Source: the human T2T-CHM13v2.0 reference genome, Homo sapiens. Taken from it: 64,000 nucleotides of DNA. This document shows, piece by piece, positions 12,121 to 25,562 of this stretch. Where the stretch lies: the NCBI RefSeq assembly GCF_009914755.1, contig NC_060929.1; one strand, given 5' to 3'. Made by a program: the position numbers and the translations under genes. The notes under the pieces were generated by a model. That model did no database searches. It worked only from the letters and a program-made list of their open reading frames with translations, and had not been told where the DNA came from. Numbering within the stretch: position 1 is the first letter of the stretch; every line of letters begins with the position of its first letter.

Positions 12121-14065
12121 TTGTGTTTTGTTTGTTTGTTTCTTTTTAACTTTAAATTCTGGGATACATGTGCAGAATATGTGGGTTTGTTACATAGGCA
12201 TACATGTGCCATGGTGGTTTGCTGCACCTATCAACCCGTCATCTAGGTTTTAAGCCCCGCATGAATTAGCTATTTGTCCTGATACCCTCCCTCCCCTTGT
12301 CCCCCATGCCCCAACAGGCCCAGTGTATGATGTCCACATTCCTGTGTCCATGTGATCTCATTGTTCAACTCCCACTTATAAGTGAGAACATGCGGAGTTT
12401 GGTTTTCTGTCCCTGTGCTAGTTTGCTGAGAGTGATGGCTTCCAGCTTCATCCATGTTCCTGCAAAGTACATGAACTCATTCTTTCTTATGGCTGCATAG
12501 TATTCCGTGGTGTATATGTGCCACATTTTCTTTATGCAGCCTATCAGTGATGGACATAAGTCTTTGCTATTGTAAATAGTGCTGCAATAAACATATGTGT
12601 GTATGTGTCTTTATAGTAGAATGATTTATAATACCTTACATATATACCCAGTAATGGGATTGCTGGGTCAAATGGTATTTCTGGTTCTAGATCCTTGAGA
12701 AATAGCCACGGTTTCTTCCACAATGGTTAAACTAATTTACACTCCCATCGACAGTGTAAAAGCGTTCCTATTTCTCCACAGCCTTGCCAGCATGTTGATT
12801 CCTGACTTTTTAATAATGACCATTCTAACTGGCATGAGATGGTATTCCATTGTAGTTTTAATTTGCATTTGTCTAATGACCTGTGATGATGAATTTTTAT
12901 TCATATGTTCATTGGCTGCATAATTGTATTCTTTTGAGAAGTGTCTGTTCATATCCTTTGCCCACTTTTTGATTGAATTGTTTGTTTTTTTTTTCTTGTA
13001 AATTTAAGTTCTTTTTAGATTCTGGATATTAGACGTTTGTCAGATGAGTAGTTTGCAAAAATTTTCTCCCATTCTGTAGGTTGCCTGTTCACTCTGATGA
13101 CAGTTTCTTTTGCCATGCAGAAGCCCTTTAGTTTGATTAGATCCCATTTGTCAATTTTGGCTTCTGTTGTCATTGCTTTCAGTGTTTTTGTCATGAAGTC
13201 TTCGCCCATGCCTATGTCCTGAATAGTATTGCTTAGGTTTTCTTCTAGGGTTTCTATGGTTTTGGGTTTTACATTGAGGTCTGTAATCCATCTGGAGTTC
13301 ATTTTTGTATAAGGTGTAACAAAGGGCTTCAGCTTCTGTTTTCTACATATGGCTAGCCAGTTTTCCCAGCACAATTATTAAATAGGAGATTGTTTCCCCA
13401 TTGCTTATTTTTGTCAGGTTTGTCAAAGATCAGGTGGTTGTAGATGTGTGATGTTATTTCTTAGGTCTCTGTTCTGTTCCATTGGTCTATATATCTGTTT
13501 TGGTACCAGTATCATGCTCTTTTGGTTACTGTAGCCTTGTAGTACAGTTTGAAGTCAAGTAGTGTGATGCTTCCAGCTTTGTTCTTTTTGCTTAGGATTG
13601 TCTTGGCTATCTGGGCTCTTTTTGGTTCCATGTGAAATTTAAAGAAAGTTTTTCTAATTCTGTGAAGAATTCAGTGGTAGCTTGATGGGAATAGTACTGA
13701 ATCTATAAATTACTTTGAGGAGTATGGCCATTTTCATGATATTGATTCTTCCTATCCGTGAGCATGAAGTGTTTTTCCATTTGTTGTGTCCTCTCTTATT
13801 TCCTTGATCAGTGGTTTGTAGTTCTCCTTGAAGAGGTCCATCATATCCCTTGTAAATTGTATTTCTAGGTATTTTATTCTCCTTATAGCAATTGTGAATG
13901 GGAGTTCACCCATAATTTGGCTCCCTGCTTTTCTATTTTTGGTGTATATGAATGCTTGTGATTTTTGCACATTGATTTTGTATCTTGAGATTTTGCTGAA
14001 GTTGCTTATCAGCTTAAGGAGTTTTGGGGCTGAGATGATGGGGTTTTCTAAATATACAATCATGT
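12121..14065 (-). mobile_element. 5'-truncated L1PA8-like element (about 1.9 kb)
   Basis: T-rich tail; diagnostic tcatctaggttttaagccc. Minus-strand ORFs 13752-14063 ([23 protein letters not shown]), 13015-13374 ([11 protein letters not shown]) and 12737-12952 are ORF2 C-terminal pieces. Confidence 0.92.
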
Positions 14066-14321
14066 ATCTTCAAAGTGGATCTCTTGAACCTCTGCTTGCA
14101 TGGTCACATTTCCACTCTAACTCTGATCTTTCTACTTCTTTTTATAGATATTCTTGTGATGACTTTCAGCCTAGTCTGATAATCCAGGATAATTTTCCCA
14201 TCTGAAGATCCTTGATTTAGTTACATCTGCAAAGTACATTTTGTCTTGTAAAATTAGGTATTCATAGGTTTGATGGATTTGGACATGGATATCTCGGGGG
14301 TCATTTTTCTGCTTACTATCA
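14066..14321 (-). mobile_element. MLT1B/C-like LTR, right part
   Basis: atcttcaaag...gataatccaggataattttcccatctgaagatccttgatttagttacatctgcaaagt...ggacatggatatct...ctgcttactatca. Confidence 0.78.
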
Positions 14322-14429
14322 ATCAAAAATGTTTCTATGCATTGTTATTAATTCAAACATCACCAAACACCTGTTATGGGTAACATAACCAAGTATGATC
14401 AATGATTTCCACTGATGTTTTAAAATGTA

Positions 14430-14625
14430 ACTGTATCTGAATAAACTATATAGTTTACTTAATGTATTGTACTGATGTAAATTTTAAATTTTGACAAATG
14501 TTGCATGTTTATGTAAGAGGTTAACACTGGAGAAGTGGGGTTAATTTAGTATGGGAATTATCTAAACTCTCTCTACAAATTTTCTCTAATTGTATTATTA
14601 TTCTAAAATAAAAGTTTTATATAAA
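14430..14625 (+). mobile_element. Ancient L1 (L1MC/ME) 3' terminus
   Basis: ttttgacaaatg...tatgtaagaggttaacactggagaag...tatgggaattatct...attattctaaaataaaagtttt. Confidence 0.55.
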
Positions 14626-15467
14626 TAACCAGTGTTTTGATTGAATATAGAATGATTACTTTCCCACCAATACCTTATGTGTGTAATGAAACATCTTGAG
14701 TATATTTACTTGATATTAGGTATATCAATTAATTGCATTTCATTTTACATTGCATTTGATTAATGATTAACTGAAAATGTGCATTTTCCATTTCATTTGC
14801 AGTTTAGTGTTGGTAACAAATGTATTTTTCTACCATATTCTTAATATTCTGAAAGCTATATTCTTAAAATATGCACTATTTTATAGTTTTTAAAATTACT
14901 TTAATTGTATTAGGTGTAATTATAAATAAGATGACATTTTATATAACCTTTATCTTGGGAAAATGAGATTAGAACTAAGAGCTCAGAGAGTACACAAGTC
15001 AGTTTTTCCAAAAATTATTCTACTGACAAATAAATGTGACTTCTTGGTGACTGAAACATTTTATTGTATTAGTATTCCTGTCATACTTGTGAATCAGCTT
15101 GAAATATTAGTAGTCAGTCGGTGCTTGGTACTTAACTGAATATAATAAAATGCATTTTATTTGTTTTTTGTTCTTTGACCACCCAGTGGGCAAATACAAA
15201 TGAAAGTAAAATATTATCATATTCTATCATGAATATGTAAAATTAGTAAGCTCAATGTAGTATTACTAAAAAGATAATAAAGCTGCATAACATTTTAGGT
15301 AAGCAAATCATATTTGATTCCAGTAATTTTTAAGGCTATTTTTTTCTGATTTTGGTAAAATTGTTCTCATAATTTAAAGTTTGATATATGCTTTTGACCC
15401 TTTTGTAATATTTTTGTTCCTCTTAAACCAAGTTTCAGGTATTGATTTTAAACAAAAATCTATTCAA

Positions 15468-16125
15468 GACACATGGAGAAAAGGAAACACTTATACACTG
15501 TTGGTAGGAAGGTAAATTACTTCAGTCACTGTGGAAATCAATTAGATTTCTCAAAGAACTTAAAACAGAACTACTATTTGCCCAGCAATCCCATTACTGG
15601 CTATATATCCAAAAGTAAACAAATCATTCTATCAAAAAGACACACACACTCATATGTTCATTGCAATACTATTCACAATAGCAAAGACATGTATCAATCT
15701 AGGTGTTCATCAATAGTGGACTGTAATAAAATGTAGTATGTATATACCATGGAATACTATGCAGACATAAAAAAGAACAAAATTATGTCCTCTGCAGCAA
15801 CATGGATGCAGCTGGAGGCCATTATCCGAAGCGAATTAATGCAGGGACAGAAAACCAAATGCCACAGGTTCTTACTTATAAGTGGGAGCTAAACATGAAG
15901 TACTCATGGACATAACCATGGGAACAATAGACTCTGGGGACTACTAGAGGAATGAGGGAGGTTGGGGACCAGGTTTGCAAATCTACTGGGTACTATTCTC
16001 ACTACCTTGTTGACGGGATCATTTGTACTCTAGCTCTCAGCATCACACTATATATACTCATGTAATAAACCTGCACACGAACCCTCTGAATCTAAAATAA
16101 AAGTTGAAATTATTAAAATAGAAAT
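15468..16125 (+). mobile_element. 5'-truncated L1PB-like 3' end
   Basis: ggagaaaaggaaacacttatacactgttgg...gcaacatggatgcagctggaggccattatc...ctgaatctaaaataaaagttgaaatt. ORF 15473-15736 is an ORF2 C-terminal remnant. Confidence 0.85.
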
Positions 16126-18204
16126 TCATTAAAAAATAAGATTTAAAATTAATTTCAATAAAGACAATAGATAAAAGTTTTAATGACTAAATTCAAGAAA
16201 ATGAGTGAGGTTTTCCAAGATGAATATGGGTTAGTAGTTAAGAATATTTAAATGACATGATTATCAAATATATAATGTTAAATGTTAAACACATGGCACA
16301 GTAAGTTTAAATGATACAGTTTGCTCAATATTTTAAAACTAAACAACATCATTTCCAACTGAAAATACATAATATAAATATGTTTTCTGCACCTGTATTA
16401 TATTCAGGTTCTTGCCAGTTCATAAATACATATATTTAAAACTGGCCAGAGCTAAAATTTTGAAATTTAGAAGAAACTTAAATAGAGAGAGATAAACTTA
16501 AAAAAAAAGTATGAACAAAATATGTTAGTTGAAAAATTAATACATCCAAAGCAAAAAAAAAATGTGTAATAAACAAAAGCGTTGGTGACATCTTCAAACC
16601 CCACCCTAATTAGACATGGTTCTTTAATATCAATGAAGGTAAGTATTTCCTTAACCTCAAGAAGTGCATTATTCATAGGTAGCAGGCAGGATGCTGTAGT
16701 GACAAAATGATAATGGAAAAAACAGATAATGGTTTATGTTACTTTTCCTTATATTGTCATTTGTTAATTACTTAATTACTTCATCAGCTATTTATTAACT
16801 CCTAATCATAGGAAGATATCTGAAAATTGCTGGACAGTCCTGGTTGTTAGGTGTATGAAGCTAATAAATTAGGAAACATTAAGTAAACAACAAAAATAGT
16901 TACCTTGTAATCAATTATAATTGTAAATAAGTGCTTTGGAGGGAAAATATCCAAGTTAGTAACATTGCTATGCAGAGATGTTATATGCATAGGTAACCTG
17001 TGATGGTATTTTCTCTCATGTACTGAATTTGTACAATAACATCTGGCAGAATGTATCAATTTAGAGAATTTAGAAACTTGTATCTTTATTCCATGTTTCC
17101 TACAATGTGGCCTTCTACTTTTATGAATCCTTTTATTTCTCTTTGTTTAACTTTTATATATAAAGTTCTTGGTGACCCTATGTTTAGTTATTTAAATAAA
17201 TATCTTTTTTGCTCACAAAGTTAAACCTTGTTACTCTTTTAATAATCTAACAAGCTAAATTAGATCAGTGTTATGTGATGGTTTATTTAATATATTTCAT
17301 TACTGATTAAATATGACTGAATACAAGTATGTAAAAGTCAAGTTAATGTTACTATGGGATGCACTTCAGTAAATCTAAAAATAAGTGCATTACAAATACA
17401 TCATTATCCTTTCAACAAAAATTATTGCCAGAAATATTGTATTCTAAAGATGAAGATAAATTCAGCAATGATTAATGACATTAAACTATATTACAAAATA
17501 AAATCAGTAATCATTTTACTATTATTTTGATTTATTATGCAATATGCAAAAATATTGCCATTTTAAGATACAAGTGTAATAAAACTAGCTTACCAATGAA
17601 AAAAACCTATTTCCTATACTCCCAAGTCTATAGAAACAGATATTTAATTCTATCATTTGCGTTAACTCAGATAAAACTAAATGGGAGCTAATTTTTGAGT
17701 TCTTAGTTACTAATTTTAATCCTATTTTCCATTACACCACTTCTGGCTCACTCCTACTGCCACTATGTATCCAATAATGGTAATGTCACTGAAAGGTTGG
17801 AGCCACTTATCCATGTTGTTCTTTGAGGACCTTAAAATTGATATCAGCCCAAAAATCATTTTGGAAATGGCTTGTTTGAATAATTAATTCTGACAATAAG
17901 TAGCAATCTGGAGACCACCATAGTTCAGAAGTTAAGTCCAGAGGCATACTTTGAGACAAGAGAATTTCCAAGACAGCGGCAGGGACATAAACCCAGATAA
18001 TCCAGTGTATGTTTTTAAATATCCACATGAATAAAAGAATAGTGTATGACTGTTCTATTTGTTCACATATAGGGTTATTATTGGAATACACTGATAAATT
18101 ATATAATTATTTTATTAGTTGCATAGGTATTACATTTACCTTGATAACAAAACTTGTCTACCTATTAGATATGCAGTACCTTCACTTGTTTAAATCCAAA
18201 CTCA

Positions 18205-18685
18205 TGTAAGAGTAGAGACAGACAAATTCCTAGGCAAATAGGGAAGGGTCCCCAGTGAATCTTGACCTTCAAGTCAAGAAAATTGAGTTATCAATTCTGG
18301 ATAGAAACCACAGTCTGGAGTGGGACCTTCGATCCCTGTTTTACCCACTCTCTCAATTGGTTCTTTCTGAACAACGTCTTTCAACCAATTGAATGGTGCC
18401 TTTTCCAAGCCCACCCATAAACCAGTCAGCACTCATTCTCCCATTCTAGGACCATAAAAACCCCAGGCTCCACTTCACAGACAGCTACCCACTTTTGGGT
18501 CCCCCCTTGCCGTTGAGAACTTTTATTTCACTCAATACATTCTACTCTGCCCTACCCCTCTCCAGTGTTCACACATCTTATTCCTCTTGGTTGCAGGACA
18601 AGAATCCGCAACTTGCCGAACTGCCGGAGTAAAAGAGCTGTAACACTCCAGCCCGCCAAACTAAGTGAGTAAAAATGCCACAACA
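18205..18685 (+). mobile_element. ERV1 solo LTR (LTR27/28-like)
   Basis: gagacagacaaattcctaggc, CCAAT-type motifs (caattgg, accaattg), TATA-like ccataaaaacccc, degenerate polyA signal ctcaataca, 3' end ...gctgtaaca...caaca. Confidence 0.7.
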
Positions 18686-20287
18686 GTAGCAGGTATTTAC
18701 GTCAGTTGCAAATTTAGATGTGCAAGAAATATGTAACTCTTTAATTTTCTATACCTAAACATATTTATTTTTATCCTATTCCAACAAGAGGACAAAACAC
18801 ATTTTTTTTCTGAGGCATAATTTATGTTCTCTGTACACTTACAGCAATACATACATATTAAATAACGTGTGTGGCGTAGAAATTAGTGTCTGTTCCTCAA
18901 TCAGTTATCAATTATCTTCTATTCAGTTTATCTAACTTCTTACCTTAAATATATTTACTAAATTTTACATTATAGAATTATATGAGAGATGTAAACATTT
19001 GGTTCAATCAAATTGTTTATCTGGCAAGGAATCCAATACTCATAGAAAAAAACCTCATTTGCCTAGAATACAATTTAGTTTTAAATAATACATTACTTTG
19101 GTTTATTTGCTCCAAAATAATGTTTGCTCCTTAAATGTTATACAAATTGCTTGAATTTAATGTTTTTCAAATAATATTAAAATGAGCTATGATGTGTTCA
19201 TGTTGCTTTAATTTTATGAAAATAAAATACATAATTATTCGAAAGCCACTTTTGAAAAAATTACTTGGTATTTCATTAGCAATAACTGATCTTGTTTTTT
19301 AAGTACAGAAGATCTGACATTCAATACTTTAATAAATTATGCTTGGAAACATTTAATTGAGCTAAACTGATTCAAAATATTATTTTATGTTTTCCTCATA
19401 TGAGTTTAGAATCACTACATGAAAATTGATTCTCTGATGGAGAAAGACATTGAAAGTAAAGGCTTGCCGTATTTTTTATTTTTATCAAGGTGAGAGCTCA
19501 TTTCTAGGTATTGAAATTTACTTTTTCTAACTTTAGAAAAGTGTTTTATGTCAAGTTAAGTCTCTGAGGTGCTAATGCCAGACTAATAAAATAAGACTAA
19601 GATTAGGCTTGCATACCATCTTAAATAAACTGTAAGATATGCGATGACTATGAAAGTGCCTGGAATATTTAAAAGATATATTTAATATACATAACAGCCA
19701 TTCAATGAAATCATTTGTCCTTTTATACGCTTCTTTTGAGAAGCAACAAAATAAAGGTGACCTAAGAATTCTATTCTAGTTTACTTTAAAAGGTTTGACT
19801 GATTGATAGTAACTGACAGCAGAAACCAAAAGGAAGTTCAAAAAGATTTCTCTATAAAAGTAAGTATGCACCAAGATTGATGTCTGTTATGAATGAAGCA
19901 TTGACAGCTACATCAAGATTAGTATCTTCCATATTGCCTTTCTAACTTCTTGAGGAACCAAAATTGACTTTAAATATCAAGATAGCAGGGAAGCATGGCT
20001 AAGCGATTAACATTAACACAGAAACAAAAGGGAGATTTCTGTAGGATCTTTATTTTCATATCTCCTCTCTCTTCTCCTTCTCTCCTTCACCTCCCATCAT
20101 ATTTTATATTAAAACATAGAGAATGCCCTGCCATTTCTCTAACACTTTACATGGTTACAAAATTTGTTCCTTGTAATTGAGTTTACTCCCCTTGCTTGGA
20201 TATACTTTTAGTAACAATTTCCTTAACTTTGTAAATTCTCTATTCTTGAACATTGTTTTCACTGAATTCCTTAGCATTGTTTTCATG

Positions 20288-20329
20288 ATATACACACACA
20301 CACGCATGCACATATACATGGTGTGTGCG

Positions 20330-20375
<46 letters not shown>

Positions 20376-20376
20376 T
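20288..20376. repeat. Compound (CA)n/(TG)n alternating purine-pyrimidine microsatellite
   Basis: atatacacacacacacgcatgcacatatacatg followed by gtgtgtgcgtgtgtgcgt(gt)n atatatgtat. Confidence 0.95.
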
Positions 20377-20818
20377 TCCAAGTTATTTTAAACAAATTCT
20401 AACTCTATGGTAATATTTTTATCTTGAGTACTTGAAGCTCAGAGCTACTCCATTCATGTCACACAGGGACATTTTTGGCTATTTACTTTTTCATAGAAAT
20501 ATAATACCTCACAGATTTGTGTATATACTGTCATCTCTATACAAGACTTTACTTACTTAAAGAATACAGACACCTTTTAACCCTTCAATTAATGCTATAT
20601 ATTAGAGAGTGTAACTTTTCTACAGAAAATTCAAAACACCACTGTTCATGCAGATAGTTTTTACCATGATGTTTTTCCTTATATGCTGCCTAATATAATG
20701 CTCCATTATAACAAACATTAGATGTAAAAGTATTTCATGTAAGAAGACTATTTTTGGCAATAGAATATATTATTTCTTTTCAATTATTTTTCTAGTATAA
20801 AACCATTTTTTTTTTTTT

Positions 20819-21125
20819 AGCTGGGCACAGTGTCTCATGCCTGTAATCCCAGAAATTTGGGAAACTGAGGTAGGTGGATTGTTTGAGCCAAGGAGTTTGA
20901 GACCAGCCTGGAAAACATGAAACCCTGTTGCTACAAAAAAAAAAAAGTGCTAAAAAAATTAGCCAGGTATGGTGTTATGTGCTTATATTCTCAGCTACTT
21001 GGGAGGTTGGGGTGGGAGGACTGCTTGAGCCCAAAAGAGCGAGGCTGCGTGAACCACGATCGTGCCACTGCAATCCAGCCTGGGTGACAGAGGGAGACCC
21101 TGTCTCAAAATAAAAATAAAAATAA
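20819..21125 (+). mobile_element. AluJ-like element
   Basis: agctgggcacagtg...ggattgtttgagccaaggagtttgagacc...ggaggactgcttgagccc...gagaccctgtctc plus a taaaaa tail. J-type diagnostics, high divergence. Confidence 0.9.
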
Positions 21126-23509
21126 GCAATTATTTGTAATGATTCTTACTCTTATTATGAGAGAGTCTTCTTGCATTTCCAGTAAATGAATGCATATTTC
21201 TTACTTAACTCACGTGTCTTTTAGATCAGGTAATTACCATCTCTGCTAGCTTGTAGCCATCTTTTTTGGCAGATTAATTGTTTCTCAGACTGTAGATAAA
21301 CTATATATGTTAGCTTTTCCAAAGTTCATTTTCTTTTTCTATGTGGACCAAATTTTTTGTAAATTTGGTATTATCACCCCTTTTGCCTTTGTTGTTGTGA
21401 ATAGCAAATGTATTCTGTATTTCAAAAATATCTTGTGCATTGCATTAAATACAAGACACTGACAGATATGGCCCTTGGCAAAGAAACGTGGGGAAGATTA
21501 AGATTTGGAAAATTTTTCACTCCAGCATAAATTCTGTCGTGTAAAAGTGTTGTGGTATCTAGGCAATATAAGATGTATGGTCTTGGAATTTTGATTTCTT
21601 AAACATAAACTTTCTTATTTTTCAGATAATTAGATAAGTAAACACTGCTATGACCTCCACCACTGATATTGTGAGAATAAATCAGCCTTATTTAATTTTG
21701 AAACAAAATGAAAAATGCAGCAAATTGGGCCTAAAATTATCTCCTGGCAAGGAGAATTAAAGCAATTAGAGAGAACAAGTTGTGAAACCATGTTAGGTTT
21801 TAGGGAGTAATAGGTAATTCCCTGTGCTTAATATAATATATGAAGAGTAGGGGAGGAGAGAAGAAAGAGGAAAGAGGGGGCTGTGTTTTTGTGCTGTTAA
21901 CTTCTGAACCATTCATCCTACTATCCTGATACTCAAAGGTAGTATTGCCTCAAAAAGTTACAAAGGAATATGGAAGATACTAATCTTCCTGATGTAGCTG
22001 TCAAGAAAACAATTCCAAAAGCTTCATCACAGCTAGGTCCACTTCTGGTAGAGTTATATGTTGCTGTATACAAATTGCATTGGACATTTATGCAGTTTTC
22101 TTTTATGTTCACTTTGGCAACACTTCCTTGAAATTAAACCTACATTGAAATAAAAATTTTCTAAATAGGTCATTCTTCTTTAGTGTGACGTCAGAATGGA
22201 AGTAGGTGCCAAATAAGTACATTGAGATGGTAGCAAAACATCAAGTGGCATTTCTGAAACAAGTTTGTGGTGGTGACGGTCAGTTTTACTAGAACAAAAG
22301 AACTTAATTAAATTCCTCTCTTGGAGAGTTTCAATATAAATTTTAGATTATTAAAGCCTACAAAGTTAGCAAAGTTGGAAGTTAAAAATGATCTACACAT
22401 TTACAATTTGCACAAATTCTCTAATTTACGCTGGATTTTTGTTATATATTAATATATATCTTCAAAATCTCAGAAATCAAACATAAAGGAGAAGAATATC
22501 TTTTGCCTTACTAACTTTCCTGGTAATCTCGCCATTTTTCCTCAACACATTATTGGGATATACTACTGTATAAATAAAGCCATTGAAGAAACATAAATTA
22601 TGTTTGACTAATTGTTAGGGTTCAGAAACACAAAATACCTATGCATAGAAGAGGTGACTTTGGTAAAAATCTTAGTTTGAAGATACAAATAGTTAATTAT
22701 GTTTACTGAACCATAATTGTCACTTAATACATTTTAAAAATTATTTAAAATTATGGATCAATAAGGTCATCAAATTAGGTCACCTATGGAAATATGCTTG
22801 AGTCCCCTTTAAGTGAGCAGACAGATTCTTGTGTGCAAGGTTGAAGAAATGTATTTTTTGTGTTACATTAAATTACTGATAAATGTTAGGAATAATGCTG
22901 AATATATAACATCTCTCTTTACTATTTTTAAGAAAAAATGTTACTGTTTAATACTGTCTCCCAGCTGTGACTAAAAGAGATATTCTTCCTTGGGATTAAG
23001 CATTATTAATGTCATGTGAAAAGTGGCTTCTGTCACTGAAAATATTATTGATATCCCACCGTCAATATAAATACATATTATATATATACAAAAAATAAGC
23101 GTTGAAACTACCACAGATTCAAAATAAGAATCCCCAAGTGCTTGCATTCCAAGTCTAGCTCTTCTGTTAATACTTGATATAAGCCATGTATGGACAACTA
23201 TAAAATATATGAAATTTAAAAGCCAAGTGAGAATACAAAATAATATCCTTAAATGGAAGGCAACATACTTGTGGAATTTAGAAAACTCACTGCATTACAA
23301 AAAACAAGTTAAAGTATATGATTTTTGTACACTCATTAAAATAATATCTCATGATAAACTGAACTCCATTAAAAGTTATATATTGACTTATAAGAAGAGC
23401 TTTATTTTTTACCAAGATGGAAAATAATTACTTCTTGAATATTCATATATGCAATGCATCTTTACCACATTTTAATAAAACCAATTAATTTGAATTTTAT
23501 GATAACTCT

Positions 23510-23655
23510 GTTAACTAAGTAGCTCCACTTTGAAGACGAGGAAACTAAAGCACAAGAAAGTTAAGTTAGTATGAAGTTATTTAATCTCTTATTGGCAATT
23601 TCAGGATTCAAATCAGAAAGTCTAGTTCCAGAGTCTAATTTCTGCCCACTATGTG
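23510..23655 (-). mobile_element. MIR SINE core
   Basis: ccactttgaagacgaggaaactaaagcacaagaaagttaag...caggattcaaatc...gtctagttccagagtct. Confidence 0.65.
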
Positions 23656-23999
23656 TATTAATTCTCATTGTTTTATATTGAACTCATGAAAATAAATATG
23701 ATTTAAATACCCTAAAATAAGAAGTAACCACATCTCTTTTAAGCCTCAGAAATATGTAAGTAACATGATAGAAATATAGAAAAATAAGGAAGCTCATAGA
23801 AGACTAAATTTAAATCAATTGGCCAACAAATTAAGCAACACACCTAAAAAAACTTAAGAAAAATTTAAACTTAATATTTAATTTTCAACAAAATTATAGA
23901 GTGAAGTTCACTAAATCTATTTACGTTTTAAATTTTCTAGGTATTATTGAATACTTTCATGTTTTTCGAGCAGTATTACTTTCATTAGAAAGAAAAGTA

Positions 24000-24375
<376 letters not shown>

Positions 24376-24895
24376 TTACTCTAGCTGAAAAGTCAGGTAA
24401 AGAGTTCATCAGTCATGTTCGCATCTGCACTTGTGCTTAAGTAATTAAAAATCTCAACATCAAATAGTTTGAAATTTGAAAGTTGTTTTAAATGAGGAAG
24501 CTGAGGGAAGTTTTATAGTTTTCGCTAATGTTTTATTTTTGATAATGTGGACATAATTACACAACCCTTTTCTTCATTGTTTTTGCTGCTTTATGATCCA
24601 GGTGTCTGAATTGATATCTATAATTTGGATATTTACATGACTTAAATGACTGCTTTTATAAAATGAGAATCAATATGCTACATGAAGCATTGAACAGTTT
24701 TAAAGATATACAGATAATCTGTGGCTCCTATTTCAAAAGAAGCTTAGGCATAAGGAGAAATTGACATTTCAGTTGAATCTGGAAAAGTGAGAAAATAAAG
24801 AACTGTATATGAAATATCAATTTTTTTTAAGACATTAAGGGTTGGCTACAGATGACAAATATGTTAGGTGGCCGAAACATAGTATATGTAAGGGA

Positions 24896-25025
24896 AGATA
24901 GATGATAGACAACATAGAATAAGACTAAGGTAGATTTACATCCATTTTTGTGCCATGCTAAGATAGATGATAGGCCCCATAAAATAAGACTAAGGCAGAT
25001 TTACGTCAGGTTTTGTCCCATGCTA
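24896..25025. repeat. Tandem duplication, 2 x 65 bp
   Basis: 24896-24960 and 24961-25025 align ungapped, 55/65 identical by hand count. Confidence 0.9.
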
Positions 25026-25239
25026 AATGGTGAGACTATCTAAAACTCTAGACTTTTCTTGATTTTAATTCTATTTGTAAAATAAAAATGATTAAATAGA
25101 TTGGATAGGACACCTCAATAGTGAGCTTTAGAATAAAAAAAGTAGAAACACAAATAATAATTACAAAGAATTGCTTATTCCTCGTCGACAATCAGCAATT
25201 TATCTTTAACAATCAACAATGAATGTAAATATGATTCTT

Positions 25240-25562
25240 TATTTTTTATTTTTTCTTATTTTTCATTTATTTTTTTATTTTTTGAGACAGACTCTCACTC
25301 TGTTGCCCAGGCTGGAGTGCAGTGGCATGATCTCGGCTCACTGCAATTTCAGCCTCCCAGGTTCAAGTGATTCTTCTGCCTCAGCCTCCTGAGTAGCTGG
25401 GACTACAGGTGCGTGCCACCATGCCTGGCTAATTTTTGTATTTTTAGTAGAGATGGGGTTTCACCATATTGTCAGGCTGGTCTTGAACTCCTGACCTCGT
25501 GATCTGCCTGTCTCAGCCTCCCAAAGTGCTGGGATTACAGGCGTGAGCCACCGCACCTGACC
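25240..25562 (-). mobile_element. AluS (AluSg-like)
   Basis: T-rich tail; ggctggtcttgaactcctgacctcgtgatc. Perfect 16-bp TSD tgtaaatatgattctt at 25224-25239 and 25563-25578. Confidence 0.95.

Noticed and set aside
16560-16650. Consensus splice donor gaag|gtaagt near 16638
   Set aside because: No matching upstream polypyrimidine tract or acceptor, and no recognisable ORF. A non-coding exon cannot be excluded without RNA data.
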